Positions 1-13,771 of a stretch of 64,000 nt of DNA are shown here, piece after piece. The stretch is from assembly GCA_977017575.1 (NCBI GenBank), contig CDRNVI010000178.1, positions 124,001 through 188,000 on the forward strand, written 5' to 3'. Position numbers and translations under genes: made by a program. The notes below the pieces were generated by a model that had not been told where the DNA came from, made no database searches, and was given only the letters and a program-made list of their open reading frames with translations. The first letter of the stretch is position 1, and the number at the start of each line of letters is the position of its first letter. The stretch is from Paramoeba atlantica. Taxonomy: Eukaryota > Protista > Discosea.

Positions 1-1312
1 CAGATTTTTAGCACTCTTTTTCGAAAAGCCCCATTTGGATTTAGCCACATTCAGTTGCTCCATTTGATTGTTTTGCAACAAAAGCAGATTGAATCAAGGA
101 CTGAGAAGAAGAAATGAGAGCAGAAACACAACAAGAGTAAACAGAAATATTGATTTTATTCATTTTCATCTTCCAAGCATTGATTTTTTGAACAAAAGTG
201 TTGAAATTCACCTTGGCTTGTTGTCCCACAGCACTTTGGTTCGCCGGGTTTGTATTGCAACCTTTCACAATGTGATTGGTGGCACCACAACAAAAACAGG
301 CTTTAGCCAGAGGGGTGGGAGGATCTTCCCATCCAGGGTAATTTCAAAATTGGTTGCACGTTTGAGGAGAAGGAATTAGGGGACTATAGCAAGGAGGGCC
401 ATTTCCTTGTCTTCCTTGGCGAGGAGGGACAACATTTCCTTGTTGATTAGGATTGGTAGCAGGGTTATTCTTCTTCTGAAAAGCAACATAAGCAGCAGCA
501 TTCTCCTTCATCTTCAAGGCTTGTTTCTTCTTATTGGCACTTGAGCGACTACCTTTGATTTGTTTTAATTTCAAGAAAGCAGATTCCACAGTCCACTCTC
601 CCACTCTAAGCAATCCTTGAAAGGCTTCCCAACATTGTTGCAGCATGGAATCTCAAATGTAATCCAATTTCTTGTTCATTGGTATTGGTTTCCCTTTCAA
701 CGCTTCAACGTGAAGAAATAACTTCTTCAGTCTCAACTCAAAACTAGAAATTGTTTCATTTTCTCTGATACAACAATCCTCTAACTTACTTTTCACTTCC
801 TTTACATTGTGAACAATCACAGTACTCAGATTTAAGATTAATGTGTCCCAAATAAGTTTTGGTGTTCTTCTCTTCAAATCACTGAGATACCCCTTTGCTT
901 GACCAACACACACCTTATTCAGTAAGTTTGTGAGATTCATTTGATTGTCCATATGGTCATTGAAACATCTTTGGTTGATTTGCTGTTTGTACTCCAATTT
1001 CTCTTTATGTCTCACCTCCAACTCCTTTCTTTCTGCCAAGATTCTTTTCTTCTCAGCTTCTTCCATTTTTTCTGTAACCTCCTCCAGCTCTTCCTCAAAC
1101 TTGATTAGAACAGGTTCACCTGTAGGAACTTTGTCAAGGAATAGATGATGCACAAGGTTCTGAGTGCTGAGCCAAATGAGTGTTTCTTTCTGCCAGAGCA
1201 TGAATTCAATGGTGGATTCACCTTTGAGTTCATTAATCTCAAGTGCACCCTTCCACATCTTGTTCTTTGGTTCAAACTCTGGCCAATCTACTACTCTGTA
1301 ATCATCTTCCAT
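1..1312 (-). pseudogene. gag: copia gag(-pol), interrupted
   Basis: Starts MEDDYRVVDW; copia-type capsid region; TGA at 653-655 where copy 2 has CGA; CCHC knuckle near 255-300. Confidence 0.85.
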
Positions 1313-1641
1313 AGTTGAGGATGTGGTGAACATAAAAGAGTGAGAAAGAAAAGCAAGAAACAGTGACAGGAGAAGACAGGCAAGAAAAACTGAGAAAACC
1401 ACACAGAATCATGAAAACACATGATTAAAACAAACAGAAAGACAGGCAAAAGGAATGAGAGAGCAAGAGCAATAAAAAGGAAATTGAGTGAAGTTGTTGA
1501 ATGAATGAGAGAATGGGTGTGAACAAGCAAAAACAAAAAAACAAAAATGAAAAACAAAAAACAGAAAATAAAACAAAAATAAAACAAAAAATAAAACAAA
1601 AAAAGGTGTAAAACACTGAAGTTCTACTGATGACAAGATCA

Positions 1642-1665
1642 GGCAGAGAGCCTAGACTCTTAATC
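1642..1665 (-). promoter_or_regulatory. Primer-binding site, half-tRNA-Lys(CUU) type
   Basis: GATTAAGAGTCTAGGCTCTCTGCC directly after the LTR CA; complement contains GACTCTTAATC, the tRNA-Lys(CUU) anticodon loop sequence. Confidence 0.7.
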
Positions 1666-2192
1666 TGTCAAGTGGTGGGGTTTGGTGAAAGAAGATTGCT
1701 GAGAAAAGAAAAGAAAGATGCAAACTTCATTCCATGGTGAGAGCCAGGAACGTGAAAAAAACAAAGTCTCTCACACGTTTATTTATGAACAGGTTTCAAG
1801 CACATATTTATCAATGTAACACCAAGTGCAAAAACAGAGAAACACACACAAATAAAAGCACATGTAAGAGACACAAAGACACAACAAGTTTAAGGAAGGG
1901 AACAACAGATGATGTCAGCACAAATAAATTCACAGGCTGAAAGATCAGAAAATGGAGAATAAACTATGCAATCAAATTGGGTCTGAAATAGAGCAAAGGT
2001 ATTCTTAAAGGCACAATTCAATGATTGATCAATATCTTGGTGTGTAGTTGTCAGATTCAGATGGAACTAGCACCATTTGAAAGAGGAAGGTGAGGCGCTT
2101 CAGGATAGCACATCTCGTGATCATAGAATTTACAAATGATGTTCTCCATTAAGTCAAACATTCTTCAAACCAAGAATACTGATATTCTAACA
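1666..2192 (-). repeat. 5' LTR of copia A copy 1 (527 bp, TG...CA)
   Basis: Same length and high identity to 59555-60081; begins TGTTAG, ends TTGACA on the minus strand. Confidence 0.92.
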
Positions 2193-5100
2193 ATCACCAA
2201 CCTTCAACACAGTGTATGTTCCTTCATTTGCTTTGTCATATCATTGTTTTTGTTTTACAACCACTTTCTCTCTCTCCTCTCAAACTCAATTAATCATGTC
2301 CTCCCTCTCAGTTTGTAACTTCTTGATGTAGTCATCAATCAGTACCACTGGTTTGTTCACAGAGCTGAAGAGAGAATTGATTGGCATAATTGGATGTTTC
2401 CCAAAGTGAAGATAGAAAGGTGTGTAACTAGTCAAGGAGGAATAAGAAGTATTGAAAGCAAATTCCACAAGAGGTAAAGGAAGGTCTCAATTGTCTGCAT
2501 ATTTATCAACAAATGAGTGAATGATTGATTCTGTAACTTTGTGGGAACATTCAACACAGCCATTACTTTTGGAGTTGTAGGGGGCAATAAAGGTTTGATT
2601 CATTCTGAGAAGCTGGGTCAGTTTTGCAAAAATTTGATTTGCAAATTTTGAACCATTATCTGTTACTATCCACAAAGGCATTGAATTAACACAAACATAC
2701 TGAAGTAAGGCTTCAGCAGAGGCTTTAGCAGAGGGATTTGGAATTGCATACAGACATATATAGCCACTAAAGTTATCAAAGATAGTCAAAATAAAAGAAT
2801 TCCCATGAGCAGTGACTTTTGATCCCTTTGTACAATCCAGGTGGAGTAAAATTCTAGGATAAGAAGTTATATAAGGGTTTAAATCAAATGTTAATGTCTT
2901 TGTTTTCAAGTTGATCACACAATTAAAGTAACAGTGATACTAACCTTTGATCACAGCACTCATACCAGGAAAATAATAGGAGACAGCAATTGCATCATAA
3001 AGTTGCTTGAACTTGCAGTGTCCAGAGATTAGATTTGAATGATAAGCATCAAATATTGTATTCCACAAGCTCTGGAGCAGAATTGCAGGTGGGAGATAAC
3101 CAGCAGCTGTAGTTTCATCCACTTTCCTCAAGATTCCAGATTCATCAACTCAGTACTTGTGAGCAGTTTGTTGGAGTGCCCAAAGATAGTGCTTCCTTTT
3201 AGGCAAGAGGCCATTAATCAAGTAATTAATAATCATTGAGCAAAACTTATCTTTCCTTTGAGCCTGAGCAAGGTAAGGAAGTTCAATTAAAACCCAATCA
3301 ATGTCATCCATATCTGCTTCAACATTCTCAGAACTTTCTTTTGCTATGGAAAGTGGCAGAGGCAGTGATTGAATAGGAGGAATGTCATGAATTTCCAGCT
3401 CACTGATTAATTCAATTTTTTCCAAAATGTCATTTTGTCTCAAAAGGATATGGGCTTTTCCTGAAGAAGATTGTCTCAAATCCACCAACTCTTCAAACCA
3501 ACAAGTCACATAATCCTTTGAAGTGGCTTTATCATGATATCCAACATACTGGTGGCTTAGAGCATCAGGGATTGCCATCAACTTTCCAGGTTTGTAAATG
3601 ACCTTTGGGTGATATTCTAGAATTCAAGCAACCCAATCACACAGCATATCATAGTTCAGTACTTTCTGTTGACCTGTTTTAAACACAGATTTGAGAGATT
3701 TGCAATCACAAAACACAATAGGATTTTGACCACAGATGTAATACTTGAAGTTGTTTAATGTCCATAGAATTCCAAGGCCCTCCTACAGAGGATTAGTGTA
3801 CTTTTGCTGTGTTTCTGTGAGTGTTCAAGAAGCATACTCAATAACTCAGTGGTGGCCACTCTTGATCCATCTGAGTGAGAATCGCTCCAAGACCAAGCTT
3901 GCTGGTGTCAACATGGATAAAAAATTCTTTTGAGAAGTCAGGATGGGCCATACAGGTTTCAGATGTTAAGAGCTCCTTTAAGAGATGTATTTCTTTGATG
4001 GATCTTGGGATAGTGAAAACTTCTTTGGATTCATCACTTTGGTTTTTCTCAGGTGTGTTGTTAAACTGGATGAATGAGGAATGAACTGTTTTAACCAAGT
4101 AACCATTTCCAAAAATTTTTCAACTTCCTTTGGAGTAGTTGGAAGTGGGTAATTCTGGATTGGTTCAACTTTTTTTGGATTTGGCTTCAAACCATCCTTT
4201 GTCATGATAAATCCAAGAATTTCAAAATTCAGCTTGCAAAATGAGCACTTTGCTGGTTGGAACATCAAATCATTATCTCACAATCTTTGGAAAATTTTCA
4301 TCAGATCAGCCAGATGTTGTTCAAATGTTGAGCTGTAATAAAGGATATCATCAATGTAGGCAAAACAACATTGCCAAACCAGACCACTCAGGACCATTTC
4401 AATAAACTGTTGTTGTGTTGCTGGAGTGTTATATAATCCAAAAGATATTGAAAGAAATTCCCAAAGACTATATTTGCTGGTAAAGGCAGCCTTTTCAATG
4501 TTTCCTTCTTTGATTGGGATCAACCAGAAAGCTTCAAACAGATCAATAGAGGAAAAATAAGAAGAACTGCCAAGTGCAGTTAAGATTTCATCCATATAGG
4601 GTAGTGGATAAGAGTCCTTCTTTGTTTTTTCATTCAGGCAACAGAAATCTACACAAAACCAAACATTTCCATTCTTCTTGTTTGCCAAGAGAATTGGAAC
4701 AGCCCAAGGAGAGTTAGATTTTCTAATCACTTTCCTTTTCACCATCTTGTCAATATATTTCCATATGATGCAATCTTCAATAGATGTGGTTTTATGGGGT
4801 TTTGCTCTCAAGGGTGGACCTTCTGCCTCAATTGAATGATTTATTGCCATGATTCTAGTAATTGGACCTTTTCACTTCTCATCATTCCATAAGTCTTGGA
4901 AAGAAATCAACATCTCTGCTAATTGTATTTTCTGCCTGTTATTCAATTCAGCATTATCCAAACCAAATTTCTCATATGCTTCTTTGAATTTATCAGGTGG
5001 ATCTTTTTTATGTGTAGTAGACTTGTTTTGGGTGGTGATGTGAGTAAGCAATTGTATCACAGATGAGTCACAATCAAGGTCAGGGTTGGGGTGTTTGGTG

Positions 5101-6285
5101 GATCAATCAGATTTGCCATTTTGATAATTGTGCAACTTCTGTCTCTTCTGTTTAGGTTTTTGAAATAAATCCTCATCCTCAATCATTTTCTCAAGCCATG
5201 GTCCAGCAAGTGCACAAAGATAATTGGCACCAGTTTTTTCATTAATTAATTTTGTGTGAGATGGTTGTTTCTTGGGTACAGATTTTCAAAGATAAGGTTC
5301 AATCAAAGAGTGTTTCAAGAGTTGAAGAAGCTCAGTGTTTTCAACATCATGGTCATTGAGCTGATAAACTGTTCCAACTTTGAGATTTTTCTTCACTTGG
5401 ACCTCAGTCTCAGAATGATTCATCATAAGAACATTCAGTGTGTTGTGTTTTTTACCTTGCTCAATTGTAACCAAGCCAGGAAGGAATAACAAACTCTCTG
5501 ATTCAATTGATGGAAAGAAGAATCCTTCAGGTGACAATGCACAGCCATTCAGTGTTAGTGGAAGGAACACTGATGATCTCAAAGGGATTGCCTTTGTCTC
5601 AGCCAAGAGTACCAAGGGTTTATCTCACCTCTCTATATCAATGTAGAAATCTGGATCTGTGACCTGAGGAAGGGTGATGTTGAGTTGTGCTAAATTTGCC
5701 TGGATGCATTTCCAACCTTTCCATGTTAAATGACCATCTCTGAGGCCTAGGCGACATTGTTTCATGTTTGAACAGGAAGGTCATCAATAATGAAGAACCA
5801 GAGTCCTTGGGAAAACCCCTTTCCAATCTTGACCATGGTGAGAATCTCTTCATTAATCACAACTTCAGTTGAGTTTCCCACTTTGATTTGAAGCTTATCA
5901 GCTTGCCATCAGTTCAGGATCTCAAATCCAGGACACAAAAGTTGCTGACAACTGATTGCATTGATACCAGATCCTATGTCTATACAAGTAGTAGTTGCTA
6001 ATCCACCCACCTGAGACACAACTTCAAATGCACAACCAAATCCTGGCTTTCCACATTGATTACTAAATTTGGAAGAACATTGATCACATGATCTGAAGGA
6101 AGGTTGGTATGGGATGATGAATCAGCCTGAACATGAACATCAAAGTGTTTCAGAGGTTCTTGAACATGAGTGTTGGACTGACTCAGAAGTTCTTTGAATT
6201 CAGTTGAGCAACTAGATGAAATTGAAGAATACAATACAATGGGTTCAGAGCAGTAGAAAAACCCAATGGGAAAACTAGTACTCAA
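2193..6285 (-). pseudogene. pol: Decayed Ty3/gypsy pol (protease-RT-RNase H-integrase)
   Basis: Protease CIDIGSG (~5960); RT SPWAVP...FCVDF...YIDDILYY; RNase H FFIHVDTSKLGLGAILTQ...PDALS; integrase DNFSGY...IVTDNGSKF...NGCVE; many stops and frameshifts. Confidence 0.92.
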
Positions 6286-7019
6286 AGTTAAAAAGAAAAG
6301 AAAAGTAGCTTGCTTAAAAAACCAATTGGTGGAAAAATAGTCAACTCAAAAAGAAGATAAACAATTGAAAGTAAAAGATCAGTTGTTGTGAGGAAACCTG
6401 GCCTTCAGGAAAAAACCTCACTTGAATGTTTGTTTGCAAAAACAAGGCTCTGTTGTTGTTTCAATTCAAAGAACAAATGTTCAATCTCAATATTGAAAGT
6501 GAGTGTGAGTTCTGAAAATTAAAACCAGCATTGCCAATGAACATGTTTACTTTGGTACAAACTAAAGAAGGTGTGTTAGAAATATTTTGAATGGACAACT
6601 GAAGAGCAGTTCTTAGAAGTCTCGTGAAAAAGTGAGAAACTTTCTGATGACATCATCAATAGTATTCTTTATTTAGATTCACAGAAGGTCAACTTGGAGG
6701 AGACCAAGGGTCAACTTGAAGGAGATTGGGAATTGACTTGGAGGAAATCAAGAGTTAGATCAAACAAATAGAGCAAAAAGCCAAGTGTCTTCAAAGTTGT
6801 GCACATTGCTCATGTGCACTCCAAACAACTTTTATTTTTTTAAGAAAAATGGAAACCTGTTTTGTTTGTTTTGATTCAACTTGATTATTCTTCAAACATC
6901 TTCCCTATCATTGGAGACTCTGTGAAGAGATGCTTCTCATCCCCTGGGAGGATGCACAGGAGCTCTGTGCTCCTTGTGGATTGTAACAAAACAACAAAGT
7001 TGATTTTAGTGCTTCAAAT

Positions 7020-8413
7020 TTAGCATGCTTGTCTGAGTTGCACTTTTATGGTCTTGACTTTCTTGTCATTAGCCAAGATTCCATCCTTTGTTGCTGTATA
7101 CCTAAGTAATGTGAAAGATCTTTGACAAAGCTTCACCTTATTCAGATTAATTCACAACTTGTTTTTCTTTAATTTATCCAGTACTCTTTCAAGTGATTGA
7201 ACATGTTCCTCAAAGATTTCTGAGAAAATAACTATGTTATCAATATAGTTGACACATATATGCCACTGTAAGCCAGCAAGTATTGTATCCATGAAATGCT
7301 GCTGTGTTGCTGGAGCATTTGTTAATCCAAACAGTATTGAATTCCATTCCCACCATTCAAACTGTGAAGCAAAAGCTATTTTTTCCTTGTCCTCCTCCTG
7401 AATTAGGATTAACTAAAATGCTTTAATTATATTCAATGTTGAGAAGTATGAAGATCCACCCAGGTATGATAACACATCATTAATTTTTGGCTCCATTTCT
7501 TAATCTTTTCATTTAATTCTCTGTAATCCACATAGAATTGGACTTTACCATTTATCTTTGCCACCAATATAATTGGACTTGTATATGGTGAATTTGATGG
7601 TGGATGACTCTTCTCTTAGCCATCTTTTGAATTTGTTTTTCTTCAATTGTCCTTTTAACCATATCTTTTGTTCAATAAATACATCTAAAAGGCTTTTGGT
7701 CTTTGTTATTGAGTTCAATTCTAAACTCAGTTGCATTTGTGTGTATAATTGAAGCATTATTAAGTATGTTCCACATTTCTTTGTATTTCTCAAAGAGTTT
7801 ATAAAGTTGAATTGTCTGATCAAGATTGAGGTTACTAAAGGTAAGGCCAGTTTTCTTTGCAAACTCCTCATATTCCTCTGGAATTATTTTTTCAGCTTTT
7901 TCCAGATTTTTCTGATCATCTCTCAACAGAATATTTGCAAATATAAAGAGCATTGTACACAAAATACTATTTCCCCTGAGAATTCCTGATTCCTTTGGTT
8001 GCACATGTGTTTTGCCATTCCATAGCAGTTCTCTTGAGGCTGTAGTTCTGGATTGACCAATTTGTCTTTATACATTCCTTTGTCTGACTTCTTTTGGTGA
8101 AGTTTTTTTAATAATTGTTCAAAATATTCACCAACTAGTCGTTTGTTAAGAGGTTTTGCAATGGTTTGTTCTGCATTCTCCTCTGTAACATAAGTATGTT
8201 TTGCAACTGTTGATCTTTTTTCAAATGAGAATGAGGTATTTCTGTCAAAATCCTAGTGTGAACTGATTCCATGCTGTGCAAATTAATTTGTTTCTCTTTG
8301 TACATCACTGTGCTCCCCTGTTGTGTGAATATCCCTGATGAACATTTGTAAAACTGTACAAACTGTTCTGATTCTACATGTATTCCTGTCTCTCTCATTT
8401 GAGCTCTTCTCAC
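7020..8413 (-). pseudogene. Decayed gypsy post-protease/RT fragment
   Basis: LFGLTNAPATQQHFMDTIL...CVNYIDNIVIFSE motifs; FRIELNNKDQKPFR upstream. Confidence 0.8.
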
Positions 8414-8790
8414 CCAGTTCTCACTCTGAATTCAAATTGTTTCCTTAATATTTTTTCTTTGTTTTATATTATCTTTACATCAATTAATTCTATGTTCTGT
8501 AACTTTTATCTATGATTTAATCTCTCTGCTGTGTCCTTTTTCTTGTGTGTTTTTGTTTTTCATTCTGTTTTGCTTCTTATCAATTCCACACTTGTTATAT
8601 TTGTTGTTCCATATGAATACTCCTTTTGTTTGTTGGTAAAAGAAATAAACTTACTTGGTTAGTTTCCTTTGTGATACATCACCAATCTTTTCCATGATTT
8701 GCTCTTGACTTTTCTCTTTCTTTTTTTTCCCTTTCTTTCTTTCCTTCACCTGCTCACTCTTTCCTTCCCCAAACTCCTGGCCACTTCACA

Positions 8791-8816
8791 GATTAAGAGT
8801 TTAGGCTTCCAGCCTG
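8791..8816 (+). promoter_or_regulatory. Orphan LTR end plus PBS of the same half-tRNA-Lys type
   Basis: ccacttcaCA|GATTAAGAGTTTAGGCT versus copia A ccacttgaCA|GATTAAGAGTCTAGGCT; LTR start not resolved. Confidence 0.55.
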
Positions 8817-9185
8817 AGTTTTGAGAAAATCTGTTTGTTGTTCTGTGAACTGAGCATCAAAATTGGAAACCATTTTTCAATTCTTGTTCTTTGTTTCAAA
8901 TCAAGGAAACCAAGTTCTTTTGGTCTTGTTTTGAATGAAGAAATTCTTCTCAGAAAATTTCTTTGCACCTCTAATCCTTGTTCCCATACTTTTACACTTT
9001 AAACCTATTTGTTTTGTTTTTGGTCTTTTGTTTTTGTACTTTTGGATTGAGACTTTGTCCCTCATTGTCTCACTTTACCCTTTACATTTTGTTCATTGCT
9101 CTCAATGATCATTCTATTGTTTGTTCATCTTGTTGAATCTCTTGGTATGTTTATTTGTTGGTTTTGCTCCTGTCTTGAAATGTTT

Positions 9186-9620
9186 TCAATAATTCTTCAT
9201 TTTATGAAGTGCATGTCTTGTTTGTTTATTGTGTTCATAATATATTAAAAGAATTTTTGATCTTTCTTTTGTGAAATGTTTTTCCTGTTTGGATTTTATG
9301 TTTTGAACAACAATTTTGTTTGTCATTTTTGATTTTATAGCTGTGATTAAGCTTCCCATTTTGGTTTTTGGATCTTTCTTGTAGATGATCCTGATTATTG
9401 ATTTTTTAGCACTCTTGGTGTGGATAATTAACATTTTTTTGTTTGTTTTCATGATACAGAGCTGGTTATTCTCTTTTATCCTTCTTCTTTTGATTTATGT
9501 GGACACACCATCTCTTCTATCCTCAGTGATCCTATTATCACTTATTCTCCCCCCTTCTATCAACTTTGATAAGACATCAACTTTTTAGCTTTCAGTTTAT
9601 AATTTTATACTGGTGTGCAC
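9186..9620 (-). pseudogene. Possible LINE apurinic-endonuclease remnant within a long T-rich degenerate segment (~8800-13400)
   Basis: Weak APE-like motif order: TES*...IEGG...RRDGVST*IK...IIRIIY...IVVQN...RSKILL. Confidence 0.3.
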
Positions 9621-11421
9621 TGTTTTAAATTATATTTCTGGCAACCATCTTTGACCTAGCACATGGTTTTTTAATAAGCACAGTTCTGATCACACCTATT
9701 TTTGTTTTTCTCCTTATGTCATGAAAAATTCATGTTATTTTTCTTGTTTCTTGGAGATTATTCTTGTATTTGTTAATGTCTTTCTTTGCCTGTCATAACA
9801 CTCTGTTTTGACTCTGTTTTTGTTTTGTCCAACTGTTCTTTTGGTTCTATTCCTGTTTTATGGATTCTCTCTGCCTTTGATTTGCTCAAGATGATTTCTT
9901 GTTGATTTCCATACTTCATTTTTGTTGGTAAATCTATTCAGTCTTCTTGCTCATTGTTTGTTTTGGTTATTTGTCTTTGGCTATGCTTTTGGAACAGCAT
10001 ATTGTTTGAAATTAACATTCTGGACAACTTCAGTTTATACAACACTGTTTCCTTGTATAATCTTGATTTGAGTTTTGTTTGTCAACATTTCTTCATGTTC
10101 CTCAATCTCTTCTTTGTGTTGGATATTGTGATTGTTGGTTTTATTTGAAAATTTTTGTGATTCTTTCTGTTATTTCAATTGGTCTTTGTTGATGTTCATC
10201 TCATGCTTACAAACTGCATTTTGATGATTATTTTATTGTTGATTTTGAGTTGAGCCTTGATCAAACTTTTTCTCTTGATTCAATGAAAGTTTATTATCTT
10301 TTGTATTGATTAAATGATAGTTGTGTAGTTTTAATACTCATTTTTATTTCATCTTGGATTCATGGATTTGTATTTTTGAATTTTTTGTTCCTCAACTGCC
10401 ACTTCTAATTGTGAATTTTATGATTGTGGATTTGCCTGATTGAATTTATTCTTATGTTTGATGATTTTTCATTTTATTTTATTTTCTCAAAGCTTGATTG
10501 GATTTTTCTCTCTGTCTTGATGATGTTTTTAAAAATTCCTGATATCTTTAAAGTAATTCTGGATTGAATTTATACTTCTTGAATCTGAAGGTACTCTATT
10601 GTTAACTTCTTTGAATTTTTTACCTTGTTATTTCAAATTCCCTGCCTGTGAATTTGAATTCTTATTTTTGATTGAATTCATCCTTGTATTGATTTTATTG
10701 AAGAAATAATTGATTCCATCTCCTTGTTTTTCTTGTAATAATGTTATTTTAAATTTGTTATTCTTGGATTGATACCTTGGGATGATTTTTCTTGTTTTTT
10801 TGTTTTTGGTTGATGATGGAAATTCTCCTGATTTCCTTTTTTACTTTGAAATTGTTAGATTTTTTCCTTCTTCTTACCTTTTGTGATTTCAATTTTAAAC
10901 TTTATTTTCACTTAGATTCCTTTCTTGAATATTCCTACTTGAATTTTGAAATCCATTTTAGTGTTGGAAGAGTGTTCCATTAAAAAATTGTTTTTGTATT
11001 ATTTCAGATGTACCACCCCTGAAGCTGTTTTGATTTTGGTTACTGCACTTTCCCTCAAGTTTTGACCTTTTTAATTTGATATGTTTGTTTTGAAGTTGAT
11101 TTGATTGCTGATGCTTCTTTCTTGTCATTGATACTCTCTGTTCTAAGTTTCTTTTCTCTTTGAGAAATCTCAATTCACATTTTTCTCTGTTATAATTTTA
11201 TATTTTTGTTTATTCTCTAGTAATGATGCTGATTTTTGAATTTGATTTGTAATAGCTTTATTTTCAACAAGTTCCATTGAGCATCTTGCACCATTTATAT
11301 TCTCTAATTATTGGTTGATTTATTGGAATTAAATCTTTTCTTGGTCTTTAATAAGTTGATTTTGGATTTCCTTTGTTGATTTGATTTTGTGATTTGATGA
11401 TTAATACTTTCTCTTGTTTTG

Positions 11422-11814
11422 GGGTTGATGTCTATAGTTTAGTTGTAAATTCAACTATGTCCAACTTTGGGGGGGTAAGTTTAAATTCTAGTTTTTCAAT
11501 ATTATAGAAAATTGTTCTGATGCTGTAGAGTGATAAAATCGGAACAAGTTACATCTCAGCCCTGTTTGCTAAAAAGTTGAGGATAAATTCCCTTGAAAGG
11601 AGTTTTGGATTATTTTCCCTTCTGATGTGCATTCTCCAGCCTGAACTTGTAGAAGTTCTAAAGTTCAGTATAAAGACCAACTGAACTAAACTGAAGTTTA
11701 AAACTTTACCTTTTATTAGAGGTTAAAAAAACAAACATAATTTAATGTAATTCAAATGGCTTAAATTAAAAACTACTAATTGAATAAAGTTTGTTTTAAA
11801 AAAAAAAAAAAAAA
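11422..11814 (+). mobile_element. tRNA-derived SINE family 2
   Basis: A/B-box-like head, AATAAA + poly(A), ~16-bp TSD with 2 mismatches (11406-11421 / 11815-11830); homologous to 27266-27689. Confidence 0.8.
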
Positions 11815-13406
11815 ACTCTTTCTTGTTTTGAAATGCCCTTATTGTAATGAAATCAAAATATTAAATTGAAAGAGAGTGTTTGTGTGACTTGTAACTAATT
11901 TCTTGGCTTTACCTAAAAATATTTTGATATTATTTGATTTCTTTTGTTATTCTCCATAGTTTATTCTCATCAAATTATTGTTGTGCAATTTAATCTTTTG
12001 ATTTAATTTTCACTCTCCAATTCTTTCTTGTTTTATGGTTGATTATGAATATTGTTTCTTTTTCCTTTGTTTTAATATTATTATTTTTGGAAATTGCTAT
12101 TCCATTTCTTTCTGTTCTGCCTGCAATTTAATGACTGCTTTTGTCTTTGCAATCCTTTAAACAATGCTTTCTAACATCACTTTCCTTTTGAAACACCTGT
12201 TACCTTCAAAGGGAGTTCTCATGTCTCCTCTTTGTTCTTTTAAGGGAGTTTTGAGTTTTATTTTCTCTGATTCTTTGAGTCTTTGTTTTTCTTACCTTTA
12301 CAATGGATTTTCACTGGTCCTGTAACATTTTTTCTTTTAACTTATATTCTTCTCATCTCTTTTCTCAAATCTCAATGCAATTGTAACATTTGTTGATTTG
12401 ATCAACATTTATCTTTTATGTAACAACATATTTGTTTTTATATACATGATGTGTAATTTATTTTTGAAAATTCATCTCTTGAACTTTGGAAATACATACC
12501 TGAAATGCTTTGCCTCTGAACCATGTTTTCAGCACTATTTTGGATGATTTTTTTTTGTTTTTTTTATTGCTGTTGCACTCTATTCTTGTTGCTCTCTGTT
12601 CAATGTTCTTCTCACCTGTTCCCAATCATCTTTGAAGCTTGTAACACCTTGATAATTTTTGCTGGACTTTTGATTTCTTTATTTTTATTGAAATTATTTT
12701 GATTTTCTACTCTCAATCTCACTGGTTCATCTTATAATGACTTGTTTTGCTTTTCTTTGAAAAATTCTTTTTTTCAACATCTTCAGCACCTTCCTCTCTC
12801 AATGATGAGTAAATGTAGCATATCTAGAGGAACTATGCAATAATAATTCCTGTTAAACACTTATCCTTTCTCCCTTCCAATTTTCACTCAATAATAAGTG
12901 AATATAGCATTTCTAAGGATTCAATACACCACCTGTATCTCCAGTAGTGAACATAAATTCCTCTCTTCCTATTTCCTGTTGTTTTTTGTTGAATTGACTT
13001 TTTTTTCCCTGGGTTGTATTATTTTTGAATTTCTGAATTGAATTCTTTTGTCTTGTTCTCTATGTCCATGCCTTAAGTTCTCTGATTATCTCTTGTACTC
13101 TTGTATCAATCTTTCTTTTGCTTCAAAGTAATATGTTTTGGATTATTGATTGCTTTTGCATCAATTTCTTATGTTTTTCCATTCTGTTCCACTGATATTT
13201 GTTCCTGTGATTTTGTGATTTATTTTGATTTCCTTGATGGCTTGATATTTGGTTCAATGATGAGTTTCTATTTGTTCACCTTATCTTGATTTGTTATGCT
13301 AAATGTAAATTTCACTTGCTTCAGGCATGAGATTCCCTTCACATACCCATCTGTATCTGGAATAGGTTTGCTTTCAGTCTGACCTTGACTGTTGTAAATT
13401 GTAGCA

Positions 13407-13725
13407 TTTTTTTCTTTTTAACACTAGACTTTATTAAGTGATGGCCTAACCCAAAGCCACTAATTTTTTAAGATTAAAAATAATAAGGATAGAGTTTCAC
13501 CTCTTTAGATTCAAATGGTCCAAAGACCTTTAATTCACTTAAACTCCTTTTTAAGGAATTTATTCTCTGCTTTTTAGTAGATAGAGCAGAGAATAATCTG
13601 TTCTGTTTTTCACATTCAAGTGAGCAAGAAGAGAAAATAATATTTTTAATATTTTCCTCTTTAGAATTTGAACCTACAACCCCAAATTGAAGCAATAGCT
13701 GTTTTACCAACTAAGCCATCATGCT
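13407..13725 (-). mobile_element. tRNA-derived SINE family 1
   Basis: Head TGGCTTAGTTGG (A box) ... GGTTCAAATTC (B box), A-rich tail; homologous to the other family-1 copies. Confidence 0.85.
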
Positions 13726-13771
13726 ACAATTATGCTTTGGCATTTTCTTTCCTTATATTGTGGTAAATTGT

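Larger units (their letters stand above)
1..2192 (-). mobile_element. Ty1/copia LTR retrotransposon family A, copy 1 (5' part; continues beyond window start), inserted in a gypsy integrase
   Basis: Reverse complement of 59555-62900 minus the LINE insert; 5' LTR + PBS + gag with zinc knuckle CFCCGATNHIVKGC; host gypsy frame is cut at ...TVLKVGD at 2193. Confidence 0.92.

Noticed and set aside
10400-10430. Walker A-like SGKSTIIK on the minus strand
   Set aside because: Preceded by a stop, lacks the upstream Gly, and no other NTPase motif is nearby.
13397-13730. TIRs (AATTGTAGCA / TGCTACAATT) around the first SINE-1 copy
   Set aside because: One arm is the SINE's own 5' sequence and other copies lack the partner; probably chance.
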